From positions 1 through 24,524 of the forward strand of contig JBHLLF010000039.1 in assembly GCA_048885865.1 (NCBI GenBank): a DNA stretch of 24,524 bases. The letters are read 5' to 3'. The stretch is from Candidatus Hermodarchaeota archaeon (GTDB lineage Archaea > Asgardarchaeota > Thorarchaeia > Thorarchaeales > Thorarchaeaceae). Position numbers and translations under genes: made by a program. A model generated the notes under the pieces. It ran no database searches. It was not told the DNA's origin and saw only the letters and a program-made list of their open reading frames with translations. Shown here piece by piece: positions 7,040-15,476 of the stretch (position 1 is the first letter of the stretch; each line of letters begins with the position of its first letter).

Positions 7040-9253
7040 TTGGTCAAGATAAAGGACCCAGACGCAATAAAGAGACTCATTATGTCAGATGATTATGAGC
7101 ATAAGAGAATCATCTCAATCAGCGCACATATCGATCACGGCAAAACTACCACCACAGACTATCTTATGCGCCGTGCAGGTCTTATGAGTGACGCCGCTGC
7201 GGGTCAAGCTCTAATGACGGATAGCGACGAGGAAGAGCAGGAAAGAGGTATCACAATTTTCACCTCTGTTGTACTGCTTAACTTTGAAGTTGATGGGGAA
7301 GAGTATTTGGTGCAGCTTTCCGATACTCCTGGCCATCTTTCGTTCACTGGTGAGGTTTCTCGTGCACTGCGAGCCAGCGATGGGGCTGTAATTCTAGTTG
7401 ACGCTCTTGAAGGAGTGATGACTCAAACCGAAACTAACATTCGGCTTGCAGTTGGTGGAGAAGCATGTAAGCCCGTCCTTTTTGTAAATAAGGTGGATAG
7501 GCTGATCAACGAGTTGAAACTTCCTCCAAAGAAAGTCTACGAGAGAATTGACATCATTGTTGCAAAGGTCAACGAACTCATCAAGAAGGTTGCACCCAAG
7601 GAATATGCGAAGGATTGGAGAGTCAAGTTCGAGGACGGCAGTGTTGCGATTGGTAGTGCAAAGACTGGATGGGCCTTCACTATGAAGACACTTCAAAAGA
7701 AGGAGATTCAGCCTATCGTTGTGTTTGAGAAGTACAATGAGGGTGATGAGAGATGGCTAAGGGAAAACCTGCCACTGGATGATGCCCTTCTGGAAATGAT
7801 TGTAAACCATCTTCCAGATCCAAAGGAGGCTCAAAAATACAAGATTCCACGCATCTGGAAGGGTGATCTTGAAAGCGTAGAAGGCAAGGCGCTTCTTGAG
7901 TGTGATCGCAATGGCCCTCTGCTTGGAATGATTACCAAGATTTTCGTCGACCCGAAAAGCAAGAGACCCACTCTTATTGGGAGAGTCTTTTCTGGTACTG
8001 TTAAGTCTGGGCAGTCTATTCGCTTGGTCAATATGAAGCAGAATGCTACAGTAAAACGGCTAGGTGTCCAAGAGATTACTGACATTTTGCCTATGGATGA
8101 AGTTCCAGCAGGGAACCTGTTCTCTGTGTTCGGATTCATGTGTCCATCTGGTGAGTCCTTTGTGACGGTGGACTCTGATATGCAGGGCTTTGAGGCCATA
8201 GAGTATGTCAGTGAACCTGTTGTTAGCAGAAGCATCAAACCAGTTGATCCTCAGGACATTGCAAAACTGGGTGAAGTTGTTTCAAAATGGATTATGGCTG
8301 ATCCAACAGCAAGATTCATTCATGATAAGGAATCTGGCGAGTACCGTCTTGATGGAATAGACCCTCTACAAATTGAGATTCTGACTAAACGAATCAACGA
8401 ACAGGTGAAGATTATCATATCGGAGCCAATCATTGTCTATCGTGAGAAGATCACCGAACGTGGTCAGGAGTTTCACACGAAATCTCCAAACGGTCATAAT
8501 CGTCTAAGACTGTTCGTAGAGCCTCTGGATGAGAAGACTATCGAACTCATCAAGAAGAAGAGGATTACTAGGGACATGAACTCACGTGAGCGCGCAGCCA
8601 TTCTCCGCGATGAGGCAGGATGGGATGCGAAGGAAGCTCGCAAGATTCTTGATATCTACGAATCAAGCATGCTTGTCGATGCCATGAGTGGTGTGCAGCG
8701 ATTCGACAGAATCTACTCATATCTCGAAACCACATTTCGTGAGTTTATAGACCAAGGACCGATAGCAAAAGAGCCCGTCATGGGTGTTAAGGTAGTACTT
8801 ACAGATGCAACGGTTCACACTGACCCTGCACACACTGGCTACAACGAAGTTGCCACGATGACCAGTTCTGGTCTTAACATGAGCTTCCTCACTGGTGCTG
8901 CAGGTCTCTACGAGCCAATTTTGAATGCAGACATCAAGACTCCGACTGATACGCAGGGGGGCATCATCAAAGTGCTTACTGGTCATCGAGGTCAGATTGT
9001 TACGATTGAGGCTGAGGAAGACACGGTCACAATCAGAGGAACATTACCAACAGCGGAGACCATTGGCATTGCCGATGAGTTTCGCAGTGCTGCTGCCGGT
9101 AGAAGCTTCTTTGGCTATGAGTTTCGAGGATTCGAGCCATTGCCTGGAAATATGCAGGAAGAAAAGATTCTGGAGATTCGGGCACGGAAAGGCATGCCAG
9201 AGGAGATGCCGTCTACAAGTTCTTGGAGTCGTTGGGTCTACAAGCGGACTTAA
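7040..9253 (+). CDS. Archaeal elongation factor 2 family GTPase, probably the diverged paralog aEF-2p
   Basis: Motifs AHIDHGKTT, ERGITI, DTPGH, NKVD, KSPNGHNR and C-terminal IRARKG. The diphthamide loop reads HTDPAHTG rather than ...HRG, and the gene is not flanked by S12/S7 genes. Confidence 0.9.
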   Translation: MVKIKDPDAIKRLIMSDDYEHKRIISISAHIDHGKTTTTDYLMRRAGLMSDAAAGQALMTDSDEEEQERGITIFTSVVLLNFEVDGEEYLVQLSDTPGHLSFTGEVSRALRASDGAVILVDALEGVMTQTETNIRLAVGGEACKPVLFVNKVDRLINELKLPPKKVYERIDIIVAKVNELIKKVAPKEYAKDWRVKFEDGSVAIGSAKTGWAFTMKTLQKKEIQPIVVFEKYNEGDERWLRENLPLDDALLEMIVNHLPDPKEAQKYKIPRIWKGDLESVEGKALLECDRNGPLLGMITKIFVDPKSKRPTLIGRVFSGTVKSGQSIRLVNMKQNATVKRLGVQEITDILPMDEVPAGNLFSVFGFMCPSGESFVTVDSDMQGFEAIEYVSEPVVSRSIKPVDPQDIAKLGEVVSKWIMADPTARFIHDKESGEYRLDGIDPLQIEILTKRINEQVKIIISEPIIVYREKITERGQEFHTKSPNGHNRLRLFVEPLDEKTIELIKKKRITRDMNSRERAAILRDEAGWDAKEARKILDIYESSMLVDAMSGVQRFDRIYSYLETTFREFIDQGPIAKEPVMGVKVVLTDATVHTDPAHTGYNEVATMTSSGLNMSFLTGAAGLYEPILNADIKTPTDTQGGIIKVLTGHRGQIVTIEAEEDTVTIRGTLPTAETIGIADEFRSAAAGRSFFGYEFRGFEPLPGNMQEEKILEIRARKGMPEEMPSTSSWSRWVYKRT

Positions 9254-9365
9254 ATCAGAATAATTGTGAGCGAGGACCAGCGCGTCTTCGCTCAAACTCC
9301 TTTCTTTTTGATACTCACACACTTTCGATGGATATTTGTCCTGCTGTGCGACTTGTTCAACTACC

Positions 9366-10697
9366 ATGAACGGGGATGTTGTAGAAGAACTGGAAACATT
9401 GGTGTCATTTCAGACAATAAGTGATCCACTGGATAAAAGAGCAAACTTGGGTTGCGCACAGTATATTGGCAACAGACTTGAAGACGCTGGTTTCATCTCA
9501 GAAATAATCGAGTTTGAGGGGTATCACACGGTCTATGGTCGGTATGGCCAAGGCGAGTTCAAAATACTCTTCCTAGCCCATTTTGATGTTGTACCTGTGG
9601 GTGAAGGTTGGGAGTCTGACCCCTTCAAGCTCCGTGTTGATGGAGATATCGCTTATGGCCGAGGCTCATCCGATAACAAGGGAAATATCGTGTCACTTCT
9701 TCTCTTGGCGGATAGACTGAAAGAGAGCGCATTCCCTTGCACTGTTATCATCGCTGCTAGTGGTGATGAGGAGATTGGCGGAAGAAATGGCGCTTTCAAG
9801 CTCAAGGAGCATCTCATCAAGCAGGGTCTTTTTCCAGACTATGCAGTCATAACTGATAGTGTAGGCCAGCAAATCATTCATCGCCGACGGAATGTGTTGC
9901 CTACCTACATCAAGGCAAAGAAATCTGTCGCTAAGATGCGAGGCAGAGCAGAAACAATTAGATTTGAGACCGATGTTTTCGGCTCAACATCCCGGCACTC
10001 AGCTTACATGCGGCCAAGTGTGGACCGACATGCGATGCTTGCAGCCTCCAAATATCTTGATGTAAACCCGTATACCGTCGTGAAGGATGTTAGAGGTGCT
10101 TTCCTGAAATCGAATGTCGTACCTGGATGGATTGAGGTTGACCTCCTCCATCCCGATGCGTCACAACCAGAATCAGAATACGACGAAGCTCTAACCGGCC
10201 TTATGAGAGCACTTCTTCCCCTATCAAACGCGGCCTTTCCAACTGAACATTCAGACCACGGAAGAATAATCTCGCCCAATCTCTTATCTATTGAGGGTGA
10301 TCTCTGGAATCTTTATTGTGATATTCGTGCAATGACAAATGACGGAGAAGCTGTGGAGAGGGCTATCCAGAGAGCACTGGAGGGGCGTGTTGATCTGTTC
10401 TCATTGCGTGTGAGCCCTGGCGTCGGATATGTCGACACTGATCCAAACTCGAGCCTGATACGAGCCGCGCGATGGGCTCTTGAGAAGGAACAGATTCCAC
10501 ACAGGGTGATCGAGGGATATGGCGCCTCTGATTCTCGTTTCTTTGCTGGAGAGGGATGTGAGCTATTCGACTTTGGGCCACGTGGTGGTAACACCCACGG
10601 GCCGAATGAGTGGGTATCAGTCTCCTCAATAAAGGAGAACGCTGATTTCTATCATACTCTGATAGACGTGCTCTTGAGAAAGCCAGGAGGACTATGA
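9366..10697 (+). CDS. M20/M25/M40 family metallo-hydrolase (ArgE/DapE-like)
   Basis: Metal and catalytic motifs AHFDVVP, GRGSSDNKG, GDEEIGG, GASDSRFF and HGPNE. ATG 9366 is preferred over the upstream TTG 9336. Confidence 0.88.
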   Translation: MNGDVVEELETLVSFQTISDPLDKRANLGCAQYIGNRLEDAGFISEIIEFEGYHTVYGRYGQGEFKILFLAHFDVVPVGEGWESDPFKLRVDGDIAYGRGSSDNKGNIVSLLLLADRLKESAFPCTVIIAASGDEEIGGRNGAFKLKEHLIKQGLFPDYAVITDSVGQQIIHRRRNVLPTYIKAKKSVAKMRGRAETIRFETDVFGSTSRHSAYMRPSVDRHAMLAASKYLDVNPYTVVKDVRGAFLKSNVVPGWIEVDLLHPDASQPESEYDEALTGLMRALLPLSNAAFPTEHSDHGRIISPNLLSIEGDLWNLYCDIRAMTNDGEAVERAIQRALEGRVDLFSLRVSPGVGYVDTDPNSSLIRAARWALEKEQIPHRVIEGYGASDSRFFAGEGCELFDFGPRGGNTHGPNEWVSVSSIKENADFYHTLIDVLLRKPGGL

Positions 10698-10719
10698 CCC
10701 TCTGTTCTGCCTATCTCAT

Positions 10720-13700
10720 CTATTTGCTAAGAGCTATCGCTACCACAAGATTCTCCTCGCCGAACTTGTATTCCTCTTGGAAATCCCCGCCCGGTTTCTT
10801 AACCTGTTTCACGCTGGTCGCTAGCGTTTCTTCTGTGATGTATTGCTGATGGAACTCAACCGCTTCAGCTAATCGGTTGCTTGATGAATATTGGACCTCT
10901 ATCCTATCATTGACATTCAGATCGGCTGACTTACGCACATCTTGAACCCGTCTTACGAATTCTCGTGCCAATCCTTCAAGTTCCAGCTCCCGTGTCAACT
11001 CGGTGGTCAAGGCAGCAAGATATCCTCCCTCGGAAGCTGTCGAAAAGCCCTCTTTAGCTTCAACTATGACTTCGACTTCATCAGGCAGTATTTCGAATTT
11101 CTCACCATTCACCTCTACTTCAACAGATTTGCCAGCCTGAAGTTGCGTTGAAGCTTCACGGGGATCTAGACTTAGTATTGCACTTCTAAGGGCTGGGAAC
11201 TGAGAGCCGTACTTCTGACCCAGCTGTTTGGGGAGCGGCTTGAGCTGGTAACTTACTACCTCTGCGGTGACATCCAGCAATCGAACGCTCTTGACATTCA
11301 ACTCATCGCCTAGCAATTCTGCATAGCGCATCACGACATCTCGTTCTTTATCCAATCCAACTGTAAATGCTATCTCAGACAATGGTTGGCGGAGCTTGCG
11401 ATTTGCTTTGTTTCTCGCAGCATGTCCCAATGAAACTAATCTCAGTACAAGTGCCATCTCGCTATTAAGGACCTCATCCACAGCATCACTCACTGGCCAA
11501 TCGCAATGATGCACACTCTCAGCTGCATCTGAATGCACGCTTCGGACTATATTCTGATGCATAACTTCAGACACAAACGGTACAAATGGCGCTAGCAATC
11601 GAGAGAGTTTCACTAAAACTCGATATAACGTGTCATAAGCTGCATTCTTGTCGGCATCTTCCTCATCACTCGACCCAGCTTCCACCCAGAAACGGCGACG
11701 GCTTCGTCGGAGATACCAGTTACTCAGGTGATCTATGAATCGGTCTACAACAGCAGCCGCCATGTTTGGTTCATATGATTCCAAGAATGCTGTAACATCT
11801 TGAGCAACCTCGTTCATCCGGGAGAGTATCCATCGGTCTAGTAAGCTGGGCGTTGTCTTCAAGCCCTTCTTGGGAACCCAACCGTCAATGAGGGCATATG
11901 TGACAAAGAAAGAATAGACATTCCACAGCGGTATGAGAAAATGCCTCCGCACTTCATCGCCACGAGCATATCCAAAGGCAAGGTCCTTCTCAGGCTTGTG
12001 CAAACAGTAGAGCCATCGCATCACGTCCACACCCATTGAGTCAGCAGCCTCATTGAATTCTATCATGTTCCCCCATGACTTGTGCATCTCTCTTCCATCG
12101 TCAGCAGTCAAAAGGGCATAGGTGAAGACATGCCTGAATGGTGCTTTACGTTCGAGTATAGTGCTCATTGCGAGAAGGCTATAGAACCAATTTCTAAATT
12201 GACCTGGAAAACTCTCGCTGATGAGGTCTGCAGGGAACCACTTGTTCCAGTACTTCCTATCTGAGTTGTACCTCATTGTACTCATTGCAACTATTCCCGC
12301 ATCCAGCCAGGGATTACCCACGTCTGGTATTCGCTTCATTATCTCGCCGCATTCGCTACATTCTATCTCGATCTCATCGATGAATGGTCTGTGAGGTGAG
12401 TGACCTTCGAAGGCATCCCATCCAACCAAAGCTCGTTCTTGTAGTTCTTCTCTACTCCCTACCACCTCGAAATGACTGCAACTCGTACATTCCCATATGG
12501 GCAATGCAAGACCCCAATAGCGTTTCTTAGATATCATCCAGTCATCCATGTTCCGCAGCCAATCCAACTCCCTTTCCTTGCCAAAGGATGGATACCAATT
12601 GGTTTCCTCAGTAACTACCTCCATTATCTGGTATCGAAGATTCTCATCTTTCTGCTCTTCGGTGACCTCTTCATAGGGTACGTCAAGTTTGGTCCCCATC
12701 GAGATGAACCACTCATCAACGAGACGAAAGACCAATTCTTCCTGGCAACGCCAGCATACAGGGTATCGATGCGTATAGTCCTCAACCTTGTAGGTCAATC
12801 CCTTTTCAGTCAAATTGTCGAAGATTGGTTGGGCGACCTCATTGACATTCATCCCAGACAACCAGTCAAACCCTTCGATGAAGATACCATTTTCGGTAAG
12901 AGGCGCTATTGCGACAAGATCAAACTCCTTGGAGAGTTGGAAGTCCTCAGCTCCGCAGCCAGGTGCAATGTGCACTATACCCGTTCCTTCCTCTTCTCCC
13001 ACTTCATCCCAGAGTATCACTTTGTGCTTTCCTGAAACTCCACTCTCCTTCTGAGCCGGAAGCTCGTCAAATGGACCATGATATGTCCAACCCTCTATGT
13101 CAAATCCAAGCATTTCCTCCTCGACTTCGTAGTCGCCCTTCAGCATGTGCAGAGTCCCTCGACTCAAGTAGAATACTTCCTTGCCCTGACGTACCTTCAC
13201 ATAGGTCAGCTCTGGACCTACTGCAGCAGCCACATTGCTGCTCAGAGTCCAAGGAGTCGTGGTCCATATCAGAAGACTCTCACCGGGTCGATCAACCAAG
13301 GGGAATCTCAACGTTATACTGGGGTGTGTCAGCTCACGATAGCCTTCAGTGACTATCTCATGTTGGCTAATAGCTGTTCCGCACCTAGCACACCAAGGCA
13401 TGACGTCTCTGCCCTTGTATATCCATCCTCTATCATGACATGACTTCAAAACAGTCCAAATAGTGTAATTGTTCTCTTCGGAAAATGTGTAGTATGAACC
13501 GCCAAGTTCGGGCATTCCAAGCCTTCCTACTAGCTGCTCAACTGTGCCAGTAACTGGTCCCTCAACACCCTCAAGAGTCATGACTGCCAACGGATCATCA
13601 TCAAGTGCATCATGGAGAGTCTTGAGAGTTTCCAGGTTGTCCCAGTCCATCCAAAATCCTAGCCGTTTGCTTTGCTCGGTCATTACTCCAGCATATTTCA

Positions 13701-14073
13701 GGACTCGCTGCTTGCACAATATGATGAATTTCTCGAGTCCAAAATCCTCTATGTCTTGCTTCCCCTTAAAGCCCATATCTCGTTCAACATTGACCTCCAC
13801 CCAGAGTCCTTGACAATCAAAGCCATTCTGATATCGTGTATGATGCCCCTGCATTGCATTGAATCGATGGTATAGGTCCTTGTATGTCCGTCCCCATCCA
13901 TGATGAACGCCCATAGGATTATTGGCGGTGATAGGGCCGTCAATAAACGACCATATCGGGCTTTTCGCCCTCAATTTCCTCAGCTTCTCAAAGATTTGCT
14001 GGGCTTCCCAAAACTTGAGTATCTCCTTCTCCTGAGCAACGAAATCAACTTGGCTGGATACTGGTTTAAACAT
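10720..14073 (-). CDS. ileS: Isoleucine--tRNA ligase (type 2 IleRS) with variant signature motifs
   Basis: Motifs DGPITAN, GFDCQGLWVE, editing WTTTPWT and GTGIVHIAPG, DWMISKKRYWG, and IleRS2 C-terminal EGLAREFVRRVQDVRK. The HIGH position is GVHH and the KMSKS position is EMHKS. SD GGTGAT. Confidence 0.95.
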   Translation of the reverse strand: MFKPVSSQVDFVAQEKEILKFWEAQQIFEKLRKLRAKSPIWSFIDGPITANNPMGVHHGWGRTYKDLYHRFNAMQGHHTRYQNGFDCQGLWVEVNVERDMGFKGKQDIEDFGLEKFIILCKQRVLKYAGVMTEQSKRLGFWMDWDNLETLKTLHDALDDDPLAVMTLEGVEGPVTGTVEQLVGRLGMPELGGSYYTFSEENNYTIWTVLKSCHDRGWIYKGRDVMPWCARCGTAISQHEIVTEGYRELTHPSITLRFPLVDRPGESLLIWTTTPWTLSSNVAAAVGPELTYVKVRQGKEVFYLSRGTLHMLKGDYEVEEEMLGFDIEGWTYHGPFDELPAQKESGVSGKHKVILWDEVGEEEGTGIVHIAPGCGAEDFQLSKEFDLVAIAPLTENGIFIEGFDWLSGMNVNEVAQPIFDNLTEKGLTYKVEDYTHRYPVCWRCQEELVFRLVDEWFISMGTKLDVPYEEVTEEQKDENLRYQIMEVVTEETNWYPSFGKERELDWLRNMDDWMISKKRYWGLALPIWECTSCSHFEVVGSREELQERALVGWDAFEGHSPHRPFIDEIEIECSECGEIMKRIPDVGNPWLDAGIVAMSTMRYNSDRKYWNKWFPADLISESFPGQFRNWFYSLLAMSTILERKAPFRHVFTYALLTADDGREMHKSWGNMIEFNEAADSMGVDVMRWLYCLHKPEKDLAFGYARGDEVRRHFLIPLWNVYSFFVTYALIDGWVPKKGLKTTPSLLDRWILSRMNEVAQDVTAFLESYEPNMAAAVVDRFIDHLSNWYLRRSRRRFWVEAGSSDEEDADKNAAYDTLYRVLVKLSRLLAPFVPFVSEVMHQNIVRSVHSDAAESVHHCDWPVSDAVDEVLNSEMALVLRLVSLGHAARNKANRKLRQPLSEIAFTVGLDKERDVVMRYAELLGDELNVKSVRLLDVTAEVVSYQLKPLPKQLGQKYGSQFPALRSAILSLDPREASTQLQAGKSVEVEVNGEKFEILPDEVEVIVEAKEGFSTASEGGYLAALTTELTRELELEGLAREFVRRVQDVRKSADLNVNDRIEVQYSSSNRLAEAVEFHQQYITEETLATSVKQVKKPGGDFQEEYKFGEENLVVAIALSK

Positions 14074-14243
14074 CTACATCACCGACTCTGGCACTGATAA
14101 TCCATGCAGCTAGAGCAATTCAAAAGCCGAATAGGTTCGCAATCAAAGAATGGACTACGTTGAGTTTCACATGTGCTAGTGAATTTGGCAATCCATCCTT
14201 GTCCACCTTTAGTACTCCTTCCTGCAACCGACCCCGTTAAAAA
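14074..14243 (-). promoter_or_regulatory. ileS promoter and ~140-nt structured 5' leader
   Basis: Minus-strand TTTTTAA at 14243-14237. A 13-bp helix AAGGATGGATTGC/GTAGTCCATTCTT with three G-U pairs encloses a TTCAC/GTGAA hairpin. Confidence 0.45.
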
Positions 14244-14358
14244 GCTTAGGCTAAGCATACTTGACCTTTCATAATGTCCCCTTGAAACAACCAAGACTTA
14301 ATTGTCACTTGCGAAGGAAGAATCTCTGCAATCAAGGACTTGAAGGTGACCTGAGCAA

Positions 14359-15027
14359 ATGAGTTCTCTTGAAGACAGGCCATTAGATAAGCTAGCAGAT
14401 ATGATACTGAATGTCCTTTGGCAAGACCTTCTTGAAGTCTGGAGCGCTATTAGAAACAAGATGGACACTGAAGGTGATGATGCCGTTCGAACGGCTTTTG
14501 AAGAAGCCAGAAGTAGATTCCTCCAAGGACCCTTCGCAGATCATCTCGAAGTTCGATGGGGAATGGACTTGTGTGTTCACTGCAATGATGACAACATTGA
14601 GAAGAATGGCATTGCATATGTGAAGCCGAACGGCGATGGTCTCGAGTTCAATCAATGCTTGAACTGCCATATCGGGATTCTCTACGGTTTGGTATCTGCG
14701 AAGGCTACAATGGACACTTACAACATCGCACTTGGGAAGCCTGGACAATTTAATGGGATGTCCTTCTTTTGGAATGCAATTGTTCCCGATTCATTAAAGA
14801 AATACCAGCCAACATACGAAGTCATCCACGATGGACAGTGGATAGGCACAGTCTCTTTTGACAAAGCGCTCACACCAAGGTATCTCGCCTTCACTGCTAT
14901 GATAGAGTCCAATGCACGAGATGCTGAGGAGCAATGGACCTCAGAGATTCCAGAAGACTTGCGTCACGCCATTGATGCATTTCTGGATGTAGCTCGCCAT
15001 CAAGTTGAAGTTGCACTTGTCCTTTGA
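14359..15027 (+). CDS. Hypothetical protein with CxxC-x24-CxxC putative zinc site
   Basis: 222-aa ORF with AGGTGA SD and motifs CVHC and CLNC. No family recognised. Confidence 0.7.
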   Translation: MSSLEDRPLDKLADMILNVLWQDLLEVWSAIRNKMDTEGDDAVRTAFEEARSRFLQGPFADHLEVRWGMDLCVHCNDDNIEKNGIAYVKPNGDGLEFNQCLNCHIGILYGLVSAKATMDTYNIALGKPGQFNGMSFFWNAIVPDSLKKYQPTYEVIHDGQWIGTVSFDKALTPRYLAFTAMIESNARDAEEQWTSEIPEDLRHAIDAFLDVARHQVEVALVL

Positions 15028-15030
15028 GCA

Positions 15031-15351
15031 ATGTATCAGGTGACAATGTTGCCAGAGAAGCTAGTTCGTGACAGGATTCCTGAGATCATTAAGCAAAAAG
15101 GTGGAGATCCACAAATTCGGATTGCTACTGGACCTGAACTTGACAAGCTGATCAGGCGCAAAGTAGCAGAGGAAGCTCAAGAACTGCTAATCTCTGGGGA
15201 GGATGAGGAGATCGCAGATGTTCTCGAAGCATTAGACGCTCTAATAGCACATCGAGCAATGAACCGTGCATCAATAGAGAAGGCACGCTTGAAGAAACGC
15301 CTTGAAAGGGGTGGGTTTGAGAAAGGATTTGTCCTCGAGATGCAAGATTGA
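15031..15351 (+). CDS. MazG-like/PRA-PH nucleoside triphosphate pyrophosphohydrolase
   Basis: Motifs KLVRDRIPEII, KVAEEAQE, EEIADVLE and KRLERGGF. The start may be ATG 15046. Confidence 0.85.
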   Translation: MYQVTMLPEKLVRDRIPEIIKQKGGDPQIRIATGPELDKLIRRKVAEEAQELLISGEDEEIADVLEALDALIAHRAMNRASIEKARLKKRLERGGFEKGFVLEMQD

Positions 15352-15476
15352 ACATGCCCCTTTTCATACTCGGAAGTTTCGGACAAAGGTTATATTGCAA
15401 AAACCTCGCACCCCGCTTTAGAATACCACCCTGTTCAGTGGTGGTTCCATATAGTGATTATGGAGTGGAATGATTT

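Noticed and set aside
10942-14097. Numerous plus-strand ORFs opposite ileS, and similar shadow ORFs elsewhere
   Set aside because: They are antisense or alternate-frame overlaps of well-supported genes with no recognisable motifs.
14200-14213. T-box sequence (minus-strand AAAGGTGGAC) in the ileS leader
   Set aside because: It lies at the 5' end of the leader rather than after Stem I, lacks the following ACC, and UGGA would not pair with tRNA-Ile ACCA.
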